Source: a virus
DNA length: 64,000 nt
Strand: one strand, 5' to 3'
Virus record (IMG/VR): IMGVR_UViG_3300028786_000006
Location: 32,001 to 96,000 of that record
The notes under the pieces are model-generated. The model saw only the letters and a program-made list of their open reading frames with translations, was not told the origin of the DNA and searched no databases. The position numbers and the translations under genes are program-made. Each line of letters begins with the position of its first letter. Position 1 is the first letter of the stretch. Shown here piece by piece: positions 29,163-38,056 of the stretch.

Positions 29163-29231
29163 TAAGGAGTAAGAGCCATGAAGCGTTAATCAGCCTGTCC
29201 CCATCATAACTGCAAACGAGCTATACCCGTG

Positions 29232-29263
29232 AAAAAGCCCTGGCCTTGCGCCGGGGCTTTTTC
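29232..29263. terminator. Intrinsic terminator
   Basis: AAAAAGCCC-TGG..TTGC..CCG-GGGCTTTTT. Confidence 0.8.
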
Positions 29264-29292
29264 GTTTCCGGTCTTCGAGTTCTCGTGACCAT

Positions 29293-29298
29293 TAAATA
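29293..29298 (+). promoter_or_regulatory. Late promoter TAAATA (portal operon)
   Basis: gp55-type -10 element 39 nt before the portal ATG. Confidence 0.7.
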
Positions 29299-29336
29299 CC
29301 CCAAACTGGTCTACATCGCCCAGAAAAGGGTATCAC

Positions 29337-30953
29337 ATGACATCAATCAAAGATTTTAACCCGCTGGGGTCCGGTGGAAAGCTGATCAAGGCCGGCCTAT
29401 CCCAGTATGATCAACACGCCAGTCCTGACGAACGCATCAAGGTCAGGAACCAGGAGCTCACCAAGGGCCGGGAACAAGGTGTTCAGTCCATCGACGCCTT
29501 CGGGTTCGGTACGACAGCACTCCCGCTCGGCGTAGTCGATTTCACTGACACCAAAGAACTGATCGGTGAATACCGTTCGATGGTGGTTCAGGAATCTACC
29601 GTGGATTACGCGGTCGACGACGTAGTGAACGAAGCTGTCAGTGTCGACGAAGACGAAGCGCCGATTACACTCGATATGTCGAATGTAGAGGGCATGTCTG
29701 AAGCCGTCAAGAACAAGGTCAAAGATCGCTGGGATCACATCTGCCAACTGCTCGACCTCAATGACAACGTTTATGAACGTTTCAAAGAGTGGTATGTAGA
29801 TGGGCGGGCGGCGTACCACCTTGTGTACGACAATGACAACCCAGGCGTCAAACGCTCACTCTCGAAGATCGAACTTCTGGACCCACGGTTCGTCAAGAAG
29901 ATCATCAAGAACGTGGTCAGCTCGGATCGACTGACTGGCGTCAAGCAGGTCAACGCCACCAAGCAGGTGTATGCGTACAACCCGTCTGAAGAGAACACCA
30001 ACTCTGGTTCATCGTTCTCGCCAATCTACAACTTCTCAGGTCGCACCTTCGCCGAGCTTGACCCGGCCTACGTGGTGTTCTTCCACTCTGGCATCATCAG
30101 CGCTGACGGCTCTCGCATTCTCGGCCCGCTCGAGAAAGCCCGCAAGCCTCTGAACAACCTGAAGATGGTCAAGGACAGCCTGGTGATCTACCGGTTGACC
30201 AACTCCACAGAGAAGCGCGTCTTCTATATCGACTGTGGTGACATGGGTAAGACGGCGGCTGAAGAGCACGTCAAGAAGCTGATGAACCGCTACCGCAACC
30301 GGCTGTCGTATGACCCGGCCACCGGTAAGGTGAAAGGCTCGTCCTCCCGCATGACCATGATCGAAGATTTCTGGATCCCACGGAACTCTGACGGTAAAGG
30401 CACGCAAGTCGACACCCTTCAAGCAGGCCAAAACCTGGGCGAAATGGACGACGTGCTGTACTTCCAGAAAGAACTGTACCGTTCACTGAACATCCCGGTC
30501 TCCCGCCTGAACGAAGAAGGTGGCCTGGTCGGTGGTCGCATCGCCGAGATCACCCGCGACGAATGGAAGTTCTCGAAGTTCATCAACCGCTTGCGCCGCC
30601 GCTTCAGTGCTGGCCTGATGGAAGTCCTGCGTCGTGAAGTCATCGCCCAGCGAATCATGACCGACAAAGAATGGGTCGTCATCGAACCGTTCATCAGCCT
30701 GATCTACGCTTCCGACTCCTACATCCGAGAGCAGCGCGAATCCGAAGCCCTGACTGAAAAGCTGGGTTCCCTGGATGTCGCTGACCGGTACGTCGGGAAA
30801 TACTTCAGCAAAGACTTCGTGCTGCGCAACATCATGCGCTTCAGTGAGCAGGAATGTATCGAACAGAAGGCCATCATCGTCAAAGAGAAGGCGGCCGGTG
30901 AGTATGACCCAATCGTCGAACCCGAAAATGAAGGCGGCGGTTTCCCAAACTAG
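29337..30953 (+). CDS. gp20: Portal protein
   Basis: WYVDGR, DSLVIYR, EKRVFYID, EDFWIPR, LYRSLNIPVSRL, ITRDE.KFSKF. Confidence 0.97.
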   Translation: MTSIKDFNPLGSGGKLIKAGLSQYDQHASPDERIKVRNQELTKGREQGVQSIDAFGFGTTALPLGVVDFTDTKELIGEYRSMVVQESTVDYAVDDVVNEAVSVDEDEAPITLDMSNVEGMSEAVKNKVKDRWDHICQLLDLNDNVYERFKEWYVDGRAAYHLVYDNDNPGVKRSLSKIELLDPRFVKKIIKNVVSSDRLTGVKQVNATKQVYAYNPSEENTNSGSSFSPIYNFSGRTFAELDPAYVVFFHSGIISADGSRILGPLEKARKPLNNLKMVKDSLVIYRLTNSTEKRVFYIDCGDMGKTAAEEHVKKLMNRYRNRLSYDPATGKVKGSSSRMTMIEDFWIPRNSDGKGTQVDTLQAGQNLGEMDDVLYFQKELYRSLNIPVSRLNEEGGLVGGRIAEITRDEWKFSKFINRLRRRFSAGLMEVLRREVIAQRIMTDKEWVVIEPFISLIYASDSYIREQRESEALTEKLGSLDVADRYVGKYFSKDFVLRNIMRFSEQECIEQKAIIVKEKAAGEYDPIVEPENEGGGFPN

Positions 30954-30964
30954 GAGGTTCCTGA

Positions 30965-31414
30965 ATGGAGCTCAAGCTTACCCGGAAGGCCCAGATCGGT
31001 GATGCCACAATCGGCAACCTGACGTCTGACACCGGGATCAAATGTTTCACCCTGGAAGACATCGGCCGCGACAGCAAGGTCCACGGTCAGACGCGCATCC
31101 CGGCCGGCAAGTACGAGGTCAAGTTCCGGGAGGTGATGTCTGGTAAGACCACCAGCTACCGCAAGAAGTATCCGTGGTTCAGTTGGCACCTGGAGCTGCA
31201 AGATGTTCCGGGTTATCAGTACGTCTACATCCACGTGGGTAACACCGCGACGGATACCGAGGGATGCATCCTCGTTGGATCCTCCTGGGATGGCAAGAAG
31301 CCCTTTGTCGGGGCATCTGGCGTTGCCTTCACGGTCTTGTACCAGGCCGCTCGAAAGGCACTAGAGAGCGGCGAAAAGGTGACGATCGAAGTTCGAGATG
31401 AATCTGCTGCATAA
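30965..31414 (+). CDS. DUF5675-like protein, candidate endolysin/peptidase
   Basis: FTLED, RIPAGKY, LQDVPG, IHVGN...TEGCILVG. Confidence 0.75.
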   Translation: MELKLTRKAQIGDATIGNLTSDTGIKCFTLEDIGRDSKVHGQTRIPAGKYEVKFREVMSGKTTSYRKKYPWFSWHLELQDVPGYQYVYIHVGNTATDTEGCILVGSSWDGKKPFVGASGVAFTVLYQAARKALESGEKVTIEVRDESAA

Positions 31415-31449
31415 GTAACCCATAACACCATTCATTGAGGGTAGATCCC

Positions 31450-31674
31450 ATGAGTCAAGCAGGAAAGATTCTGGAGGCCCTGGCCTCCGGTAACAAAGAC
31501 GAAGCCCTGGCCCTGGCCAAGCTGCACATGACCGAGAGCTCCTCGGAACTGATCGCGGCCGGCACCCAGTACATCCTCCAAACCGCAGTGGACACCTACA
31601 CTGACGGCACTTCCGGTGACCTCAACGAAGAAGAGGAACAGGAAGAAGAGGAGGAAGAAGAGGAAGAGGAGTGA
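31450..31674 (+). CDS. Acidic prohead core protein (gp67-like)
   Basis: Position after portal, poly-Glu tail, TAAGTA at 31412. Confidence 0.7.
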   Translation: MSQAGKILEALASGNKDEALALAKLHMTESSSELIAAGTQYILQTAVDTYTDGTSGDLNEEEEQEEEEEEEEEE

Positions 31675-31946
31675 TGGAACATTTCCAGACCTTTCTCGAA
31701 GCCTACATCTTCCGTGTTACGGCGGCCGGGCTAAAGACCCGAAAGCTGACCTGCCCCAAGGGCTATCAGCCCAATCAGGACGGGTCTGCCTGTGTACCAA
31801 TCAGTGGTGACCAGAAGATGGTCATGCGAAAGGCTCACATTAAGGGCATCCGCTCCAAGAAGAAAAAGGGCGCCGGCTACATGCGCAAAGTTATCCGCCG
31901 CCAGAAAAAGGCGATGCGGATTCGGACCAAAGTTTTCAACCTCTGA
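31671..31946 (+). CDS. Basic prohead core protein (gp68-like), paralog 1
   Basis: FxxFLE leader, K/R-rich tail, CPKGY..DGSAC. Confidence 0.7.
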   Translation: MMEHFQTFLEAYIFRVTAAGLKTRKLTCPKGYQPNQDGSACVPISGDQKMVMRKAHIKGIRSKKKKGAGYMRKVIRRQKKAMRIRTKVFNL

Positions 31947-31955
31947 GGTGTCACC

Positions 31956-32222
31956 ATGATTGGTACATTCGAAGACTTTCTGCTCTGCGAAGCATACCAG
32001 GTCCGGGTGAACGCCAAAGGCGTGAAGACCAAACGCAAGAAGTGCCCACCCGGTTACAAGCTGTCCTCTGATGGTTCCCATTGCGTGCGTATCGGTGCTG
32101 CTGAGCATCTTCGCCGCGCCAAGGGCGCCAAACGGGGCAACAAGAAAATGAAGTCCAAGCGCTCCCTGATCAATCGAAACCGCGACAAAGCGATGAAGAA
32201 ACGTCATAGCATGGGCCTCTAA
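31956..32222 (+). CDS. Basic prohead core protein (gp68-like), paralog 2
   Basis: FEDFLLCE leader, KKRHSMGL end, CPPGY..DGSHC. Confidence 0.72.
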   Translation: MIGTFEDFLLCEAYQVRVNAKGVKTKRKKCPPGYKLSSDGSHCVRIGAAEHLRRAKGAKRGNKKMKSKRSLINRNRDKAMKKRHSMGL

Positions 32223-32235
32223 CGGAGAACTCAAG

Positions 32236-32883
32236 ATGGCTCTTCAGCTACTGATCGAAAAGAGTGAGTCTCGTCTTGAGACTCTGACTGAGAACACCTC
32301 TGACGGGCGTGTGATGTACATCGAAGGACCGATGATCATGACCGACGCGGTGAACCGAAATAAACGGGTCTACCCGCGCTCCGTCATGGAAGAATCTGTG
32401 GAGCGCTATATCGCCGACTATGTAAAAGAGCGGCGAGCCATTGGCGAACTCAACCACCCCGAATACCCATTTCCCGACCCGGCCCGCGCCGCGTTGAAGG
32501 TGGAATCACTGGAGTGGCGAGGGAACCTGGTTTACGGCAAAGCGAGGATTCTGAATAACGCTTACGGCGAACAGATCAAGTCCTTGCTCGAGGCAGACTT
32601 CAACCTCGGGGTTTCAACCCGTGGCCTGGGGGAAGCTGACGCGAACGGTTACGTCAAGCGCGGCTACATGATGAATGCCATCGACGCGGTCGACCGCCCA
32701 AGCGGGCAAGCGTGCTATGTAAACCAAGTGATGGAATCCGTTCAGTGGGAATTGAACGAATCCACCAACATGTGGATGCCTGTGCGTCTCGAAGAAACTG
32801 CGGCTGAGGCCTTGAAGGGCATTGGTCCTGACCTCGCTCGCAAGATCGAACGAATGTTCGCAAGCTTGTCGGCCACTAAATAA
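32236..32883 (+). CDS. gp21: Prohead protease
   Basis: NRNKRVYP, AIGELNHP, GVSTRGLG, DAVDRPS. Confidence 0.96.
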   Translation: MALQLLIEKSESRLETLTENTSDGRVMYIEGPMIMTDAVNRNKRVYPRSVMEESVERYIADYVKERRAIGELNHPEYPFPDPARAALKVESLEWRGNLVYGKARILNNAYGEQIKSLLEADFNLGVSTRGLGEADANGYVKRGYMMNAIDAVDRPSGQACYVNQVMESVQWELNESTNMWMPVRLEETAAEALKGIGPDLARKIERMFASLSATK

Positions 32884-32913
32884 ACCAGAACACCCCGGAT
32901 CACGGAGATATTC

Positions 32914-33783
32914 ATGTCCATCCTTCAACAATTGCTGGAAAGCAGCGAACTGCCTGCAGAGCTGATCGAAAAGACTCAGACTCTGTTCGAAGCCGCTGTC
33001 AACGAAAAGGTCGGCGAAAAACTGACCGAAGCAACCGTCCAGATCAAAGCTGATCATGCGCTGTTGCTGCAACAGGAAATCAAGGTCCAGACCAATCTGC
33101 TGACCGAAGCTGCCGAAGTCGAAAAAGTCGCGCTTCTGGCCCTGGTTGAATCCACCCTGCAGACCGCTGTCCTGGATTGGGCCGGCGAGAACAAGGTTGA
33201 GCTCGACGGCAAGATCAAGGTTCAGCTCGCTGAAAGCATGATCCAGGCAACCGCCGGTGTAATGGCCGAGCACAGCGTCGTCATTCCTGATGGCAGCACC
33301 TCGCTTCTGGAAGAGCAAGCTCTGCGCATCGAGCAGCTGGAAAGCACCCTGTTGGAAACCCTCCAGGAAAGCACCGCCGCCCACGAGCAGCTGCAGACCA
33401 TCCACCGCACCGCCGCCCTGAACGAATCGACCTCCAACCTGACCGACACCCAACGTGAACGCGTTGTGGCCCTGTTGGAAGGTGTTGACTCTGCCGATTT
33501 GGAGCAGTTTAAACGCAAGGTAGGTATTCTGGTAGAGGCCGTTATCGACCCAACCGGCGCTGCCGCTGCCGCTGCGAAAAAACTGAACGAGCAAGCTGCT
33601 CTGCCAGACGCTGCTGCACTGGCTGCTGCCGCTGCGAAAAAGCTGAACGAAGACGCTGCTGCCGCTGCTCTTGCCCTGGGCAAAGGCGACGGTCTGTTGG
33701 TCGAAAGTCAGCCGAACGCGGTTCCAGTTGTCAAGGTTCCAGAAGTAGATCCAGCGGTCGCCGGTTACCTGGCAAACCTCTGA
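32914..33783 (+). CDS. gp22: Prohead core scaffold protein
   Basis: LFEAAV, many (I/L)xE cleavage-like sites, position, TAAATA at 32877. Confidence 0.85.
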   Translation: MSILQQLLESSELPAELIEKTQTLFEAAVNEKVGEKLTEATVQIKADHALLLQQEIKVQTNLLTEAAEVEKVALLALVESTLQTAVLDWAGENKVELDGKIKVQLAESMIQATAGVMAEHSVVIPDGSTSLLEEQALRIEQLESTLLETLQESTAAHEQLQTIHRTAALNESTSNLTDTQRERVVALLEGVDSADLEQFKRKVGILVEAVIDPTGAAAAAAKKLNEQAALPDAAALAAAAAKKLNEDAAAAALALGKGDGLLVESQPNAVPVVKVPEVDPAVAGYLANL

Positions 33784-33798
33784 TTTAAGTCTGCCCAC

Positions 33799-33804
33799 TA
33801 AATA
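33799..33804 (+). promoter_or_regulatory. Late promoter TAAATA (major capsid)
   Basis: CTAAATACCC 41 nt before the gp23 ATG. Confidence 0.75.
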
Positions 33805-33844
33805 CCCACATCATCACCAAATCGATTTATCAAGAGGAACACCC

Positions 33845-35278
33845 ATGAGTGCTCGCATGATCACCGAATCCCAGCGCCAAAAGTGGAAGCCGGTGCTGGA
33901 TAAGGAAGCGTCTCCGTCCAAAGGCCTGAGCCGCGAAGACATCTTCTCCCGCTTGCTGGAAAACCAGGAAGTGTGGTGCAAACAGAACCTGTCGGAAACT
34001 TCGCAAGTTCTGAACGAATCCGGCGAACCGATCAACCAGATCGGCGTTGCTGACGGTGTATCCGGTGCGGCTGGTTCGATCAAAACCTGGACCCCGACCC
34101 TGATCAAGATGGCCAAGCGTCTGCCGCCAAACCTGGTCGCGTTCGACTTCTTCGGCGTACAGCCGATGACCGGTCCTGATGGTCAAGTGTTCGCCCTGCG
34201 TTCGCGCTACAACGACAACGTGGGTGCCGGTGAAACTGGCGTCAACTTCAACGACTCGGAAGCACTGGTCAATGAAGCACTGACCGGCTTCAGCGGTAAC
34301 GGCGTTGCACAGACCGGCGACACCTCGGGCTTCCCGCAGGGTCACATGTACAAGAACGGCGTTCAAGTGCCAGCAGCCAACCCAGCCTTCGGCCAGGGTA
34401 TGGGCGTTGACGCTGCGCAGAAACTGGGTTCGACCTCGCCTTGGTCGAAGATGGGCATCACCATCGAGAAGAGCGGCGTGACCGCCAAGTCTCGTGGCCT
34501 GTATGCTGACTACAGCCATGAGCTGCGTCAGGACATGCTGGCCGTTCACGGTGAAGACGTGGATTCCATCCTGACTGAAGTTCTGCTTCAGGAAATTCAG
34601 GCTGAAATGAACCGTGAGTTCATCCGCACCATGAACGTTGCAGCTGAGTTCGGCTACAGCGGTACTGCGTACGACCGCAACGCCGGCGACACCGGTTGGG
34701 ATACTGTTCGCCGTGCAGGCGTACTGAACATCTCCACCGACCTGGACGGCCGTTGGGCTCTGGAACGTTGGAAAGGCTTGCTGTTCCGCATCGAGCTGGA
34801 AGCCAACGCCATCGCCAAGCGCACTCGTCGCGGCAAAGGCAACAAAATGATCACCAGCTCCAACGTCGCATCCGCAATGATGCTGACCGGCATGCTGGAC
34901 TTCTCCCCGGCGCTGGCTGGCCAGGGTGACATGGTCGTTGACGATACCGGTCAGACCTACGTCGGCAAGCTGGCCAACGGTGTTGATGTCTTCATCGACC
35001 CATGGGCTGAGCTGGATTACTTCACCATCGGCTACAAAGGCCAAGGTGAACTGGATGCCGGTGCGATCTTCTGCCCGTACATCCCGATCGAGATGTACCG
35101 TGCGAACGATACCGACTCGTTCCAGCCGCGCATGGGCTTCAAAACCCGTTACGGCCTGATCGCGAACCCGTTCGTGAGCAAGACCGCAGCTGGTGTTGAC
35201 CTGGCTGGTAAAGGCCTGGGCGCCCAGGAGAATAGTTATTTTCGTAAGGTGGCTGTATTGAATTTGACTCAGTACTGA
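33845..35278 (+). CDS. gp23: Major capsid protein
   Basis: GVQPMTGP.GQVFALR, AKSR, ELRQD..AVHG, TRRGKGN, FQPRMGFKTRYG. Confidence 0.98.
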   Translation: MSARMITESQRQKWKPVLDKEASPSKGLSREDIFSRLLENQEVWCKQNLSETSQVLNESGEPINQIGVADGVSGAAGSIKTWTPTLIKMAKRLPPNLVAFDFFGVQPMTGPDGQVFALRSRYNDNVGAGETGVNFNDSEALVNEALTGFSGNGVAQTGDTSGFPQGHMYKNGVQVPAANPAFGQGMGVDAAQKLGSTSPWSKMGITIEKSGVTAKSRGLYADYSHELRQDMLAVHGEDVDSILTEVLLQEIQAEMNREFIRTMNVAAEFGYSGTAYDRNAGDTGWDTVRRAGVLNISTDLDGRWALERWKGLLFRIELEANAIAKRTRRGKGNKMITSSNVASAMMLTGMLDFSPALAGQGDMVVDDTGQTYVGKLANGVDVFIDPWAELDYFTIGYKGQGELDAGAIFCPYIPIEMYRANDTDSFQPRMGFKTRYGLIANPFVSKTAAGVDLAGKGLGAQENSYFRKVAVLNLTQY

Positions 35279-35288
35279 GTCGGTTCGG

Positions 35289-36140
35289 TCAGCCTCTAAC
35301 GAGTAACTGAAACGAAAAGGGGAGTGGCGAAAGCCACTCCCCTTTTTCTATTGCGGGTCGAAACCCCCACCCCATTTCAGCCCAGGTCTTACCAACGTGG
35401 GCTAGCTTTTCTTCTGGTGATAGGTCCCAGTTTGACTGAAGGGCGTGAGCCGTGATCGCCTTGGCGTTTAGAACTCGACAACGGTTCAATATCCCAGTCG
35501 GGCTTTTCATCGCGTGCGCCCTCATCGCATCTTCCTTGGTGTCAAACCTGCCTTTGGGTGTGACCCAATGACCGACGAAAGCGTTGCTCTTTGCACCCCG
35601 GCGTACACCAGTGTTGAAGTGTCGATACTTCGACTTGTCCTTGGCCTCTTCCTTGGACACCATGACCATCTTCTCATCGCTGAGCCTGACCATGGCCACC
35701 TGACCCAACATGATACCCGCGTACCTGTCTGGTTCGGAGTCCATCTGTCCCTGGGTCAGCCTCACCACCTTGCCCGTCTGTGTATCAAGGCGAGTGATGA
35801 TGCCATCCATCTTGGCCGACGACTTCTTTGAGTGGATCGCCCTGGCCTTCTCGTAATCACGGGATCGTCGTTCCTCGATCCTGTAGTCGTATCGCTTGCT
35901 GTTACACATACTGAAGAATGCGAACTGCAGGCCATGACTGTCGGGGTACGCCCGGCGCAATAGCCTGTGAGCTATGAAGTGTTCACGCCTCGTCAGCTTG
36001 ATGAGGTTGCCGGGGCTGTCGTCCCCACCGAGGCATCTGGGGTTGATATGGTGGCGCTCTATTCCGGTCCCGCGTGGGATGCTTCGAGCGGCACGAGAGG
36101 AGATGAAGCGATGGTATCTGTCGTGGTAATGTCTATTCAT
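35289..36140 (-). mobile_element. Free-standing HNH homing endonuclease
   Basis: ERHHINPRCLGGDDSPGNLIKLTRREHFIAHRLL; antisense to the structural operon. Confidence 0.85.
35315..35347 (+). terminator. gp23 terminator (overlapped by HNH 3' end)
   Basis: AAAAGGGGAGTGGC-GAAA-GCCACTCCCCTTTTT. Confidence 0.9.
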
Positions 36141-36218
36141 ACCGGTAGCTTACTCAACATCTAGATTATGAGCAAGTTCACTATGTACCGTATAGGCCAA
36201 ACATCAGAGGAACACACC

Positions 36219-36503
36219 ATGCATCCATTTCTCAGCGACAAGCGAATGCTGGTCGAGAACATTAACCCGATCAACCGAGCGCTGTACAGTTCCAAAGACC
36301 CGATTGCCGACCGCGCCCGTAAGATGATGGCCTTGCAGAAGGTGACCAAAGATGTCACCGGTAAGTCCAGCATCAAGGACGGCAGCATGTACATGTCCGA
36401 CGTTGACCTGAAGAAAAAGACCGGCAAGTATACCAAGGATGGCAGGGTGTACGGCGCGGTCAAGGTCGAGAAGGTTTGGTACCTGACTGGGCAGTTGAGC
36501 TGA
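36219..36503 (+). CDS. Hypothetical basic protein
   Basis: GAGG SD before ATG 36219. Confidence 0.6.
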   Translation: MHPFLSDKRMLVENINPINRALYSSKDPIADRARKMMALQKVTKDVTGKSSIKDGSMYMSDVDLKKKTGKYTKDGRVYGAVKVEKVWYLTGQLS

Positions 36504-36506
36504 TTC

Positions 36507-36728
36507 ATGAGCCACGACCTGAAGGTCCAGGATGAGCCAGGCCTAGTCCGTAAGGGCGGGAATCCTGGCGTCATATCCAATGTCGATTACGAGGCGTTCC
36601 AGGCATACCAAGCCCGGCGCCAAAAGCTAATGACGGATCAGGAACGCATCCAGAATCTGGAGCAGAAGGTTGATGACCTCGGCTCCAAGCTCGACCTGAT
36701 TCTGAACCATATCAAAGGAGCCAACTGA
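36507..36728 (+). CDS. Small coiled-coil neck-associated protein
   Basis: Typical small gene before gp13; C-terminal heptads. Confidence 0.65.
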   Translation: MSHDLKVQDEPGLVRKGGNPGVISNVDYEAFQAYQARRQKLMTDQERIQNLEQKVDDLGSKLDLILNHIKGAN

Positions 36729-37477
36729 TGGCCAGATTGAACAGCCGCGAGGACATGGTCGACTACATCATGAAGCGCCTGGGTTCGCCCGTAATTCAGG
36801 TCAACGTTTCGCCTGACCAGGTGGAAGTGTCGATCGACGAGGCCATCCAGCTCTTCGTGATGCACCACCGTGATGGCTCCGAGGAGACCTTCTACGCGTA
36901 CAAGATGACCGCGCAGGATATCACCAACGGTTACCTCCCGGTCCCAGACAGCATCTACGACATCATCGAGGTGATCCCGAAGGGTGTTGGTATTTCCAAC
37001 ATGGACTTCGCCACCGTCGAATGGCAGATGGTCAACAGCCTGATGAGCCAGGGCCGTAGCTTTGTGCCGATCGGACTGGCAGATTACAACGCGACCCGCA
37101 TGGCGCTGACCAACGTCAACATCATGGTCGGCACGTACAACCAGGCGTTCGTGTTCAAGAAATACAAGCGTCACGTGGTGCCTCAGTTCCCGACATCTGA
37201 AGGCCAGGTCATCTGCTTCCGGTGTTATGAACAGATCAACCCTGATGACGAAGGCAACTCAGCAGCCTGGGACGACCAATGGCTGAAGGCGTACGCCACT
37301 GCGGCGGTCAAGGAGAAGTGGGGCCTGATTCTGAAGAAGGCCGACGGCATTCGTTTGCCGGGTGGTATCACCCTGAACGGCCAGCAGATCTATGATGAAG
37401 CGGTCGACGCCAAAGAGAAGCTGATGGAAGAGCTTCGCAAGAAACACGAACCCCCTGCTGACTTCTTCATAGGCTGA
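36728..37477 (+). CDS. gp13: Neck protein
   Basis: RLGSPVIQVNV, WLKAYATA..K.KWG, LPGGITLNG. Confidence 0.95.
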   Translation: MARLNSREDMVDYIMKRLGSPVIQVNVSPDQVEVSIDEAIQLFVMHHRDGSEETFYAYKMTAQDITNGYLPVPDSIYDIIEVIPKGVGISNMDFATVEWQMVNSLMSQGRSFVPIGLADYNATRMALTNVNIMVGTYNQAFVFKKYKRHVVPQFPTSEGQVICFRCYEQINPDDEGNSAAWDDQWLKAYATAAVKEKWGLILKKADGIRLPGGITLNGQQIYDEAVDAKEKLMEELRKKHEPPADFFIG

Positions 37478-37481
37478 ACCA

Positions 37482-37979
37482 ATGAAATCTTTCAACCATT
37501 TTCTGTGCGAACAGACAGGCCGGGCGCTGATCAACGGCAAGGGCCTGAACGCATTGTTCACCAGAGGCCTGGGTAGCTACTCCAAGACAAAGGTCAAATC
37601 GGGGAAGTTTTTCTTCAAGAAACTGTTGGCAACCCCGACCGAAGTGAAGGTCGAAATGACCTTCTCGTTTATGCCTGGTGACGAGAAGGGTGGGTACTCC
37701 GAAAACGGGTTCGCCACCGTCCGTCGCATCCTGGATTCTGAGTTGCAGGATGCCGGCCAGGTGTTCAATAATACTCAGAATACTCCTCAAAGCCTGGCCT
37801 TTCACGGTAAGTCTCCGGTGGAGTACCACGGTAAGACCGAGCTGACCCAGAAGACCCTGGATATGACGTTCGCGATCAAGCGTACAGGTATCGTGTCTGA
37901 CCTTCTGGGGTATCTTTCCGATACACCGCTGGGTAATGCCGAACTGTACGTCGCAACCATCACCAAAAAGCTGATCTGA
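37482..37979 (+). CDS. Putative internal head protein of unknown function
   Basis: Capsid-targeting-like MKSFNHFLCE; inserted between gp13 and gp14. Confidence 0.65.
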   Translation: MKSFNHFLCEQTGRALINGKGLNALFTRGLGSYSKTKVKSGKFFFKKLLATPTEVKVEMTFSFMPGDEKGGYSENGFATVRRILDSELQDAGQVFNNTQNTPQSLAFHGKSPVEYHGKTELTQKTLDMTFAIKRTGIVSDLLGYLSDTPLGNAELYVATITKKLI

Positions 37980-37984
37980 ACGAA

Positions 37985-38014
37985 GGGCGGCGCCGGGCAA
38001 CCGGGCCGCCTTTT
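37985..38014 (+). terminator. Intrinsic terminator
   Basis: GGCGG..CCGG-GCAA-CCGG..CCGCC-TTTTT. Confidence 0.75.
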
Positions 38015-38056
38015 TCGTTTGACGTCTAAGTACAGAAAACTTCAGAGTGCCTGAAC

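Noticed and set aside
29206-29232. ATAACT-GCA-AAC-GAG resembles a tmRNA resume site
   Set aside because: No tRNA-like domain or CCA end, and the frame reads ANELYP rather than an ALAA-type tag
33815-33829. CACCAAATCGATTTA repeated at 59080-59094
   Set aside because: An exact 15-mer pair is expected by chance in 64 kb; only two copies
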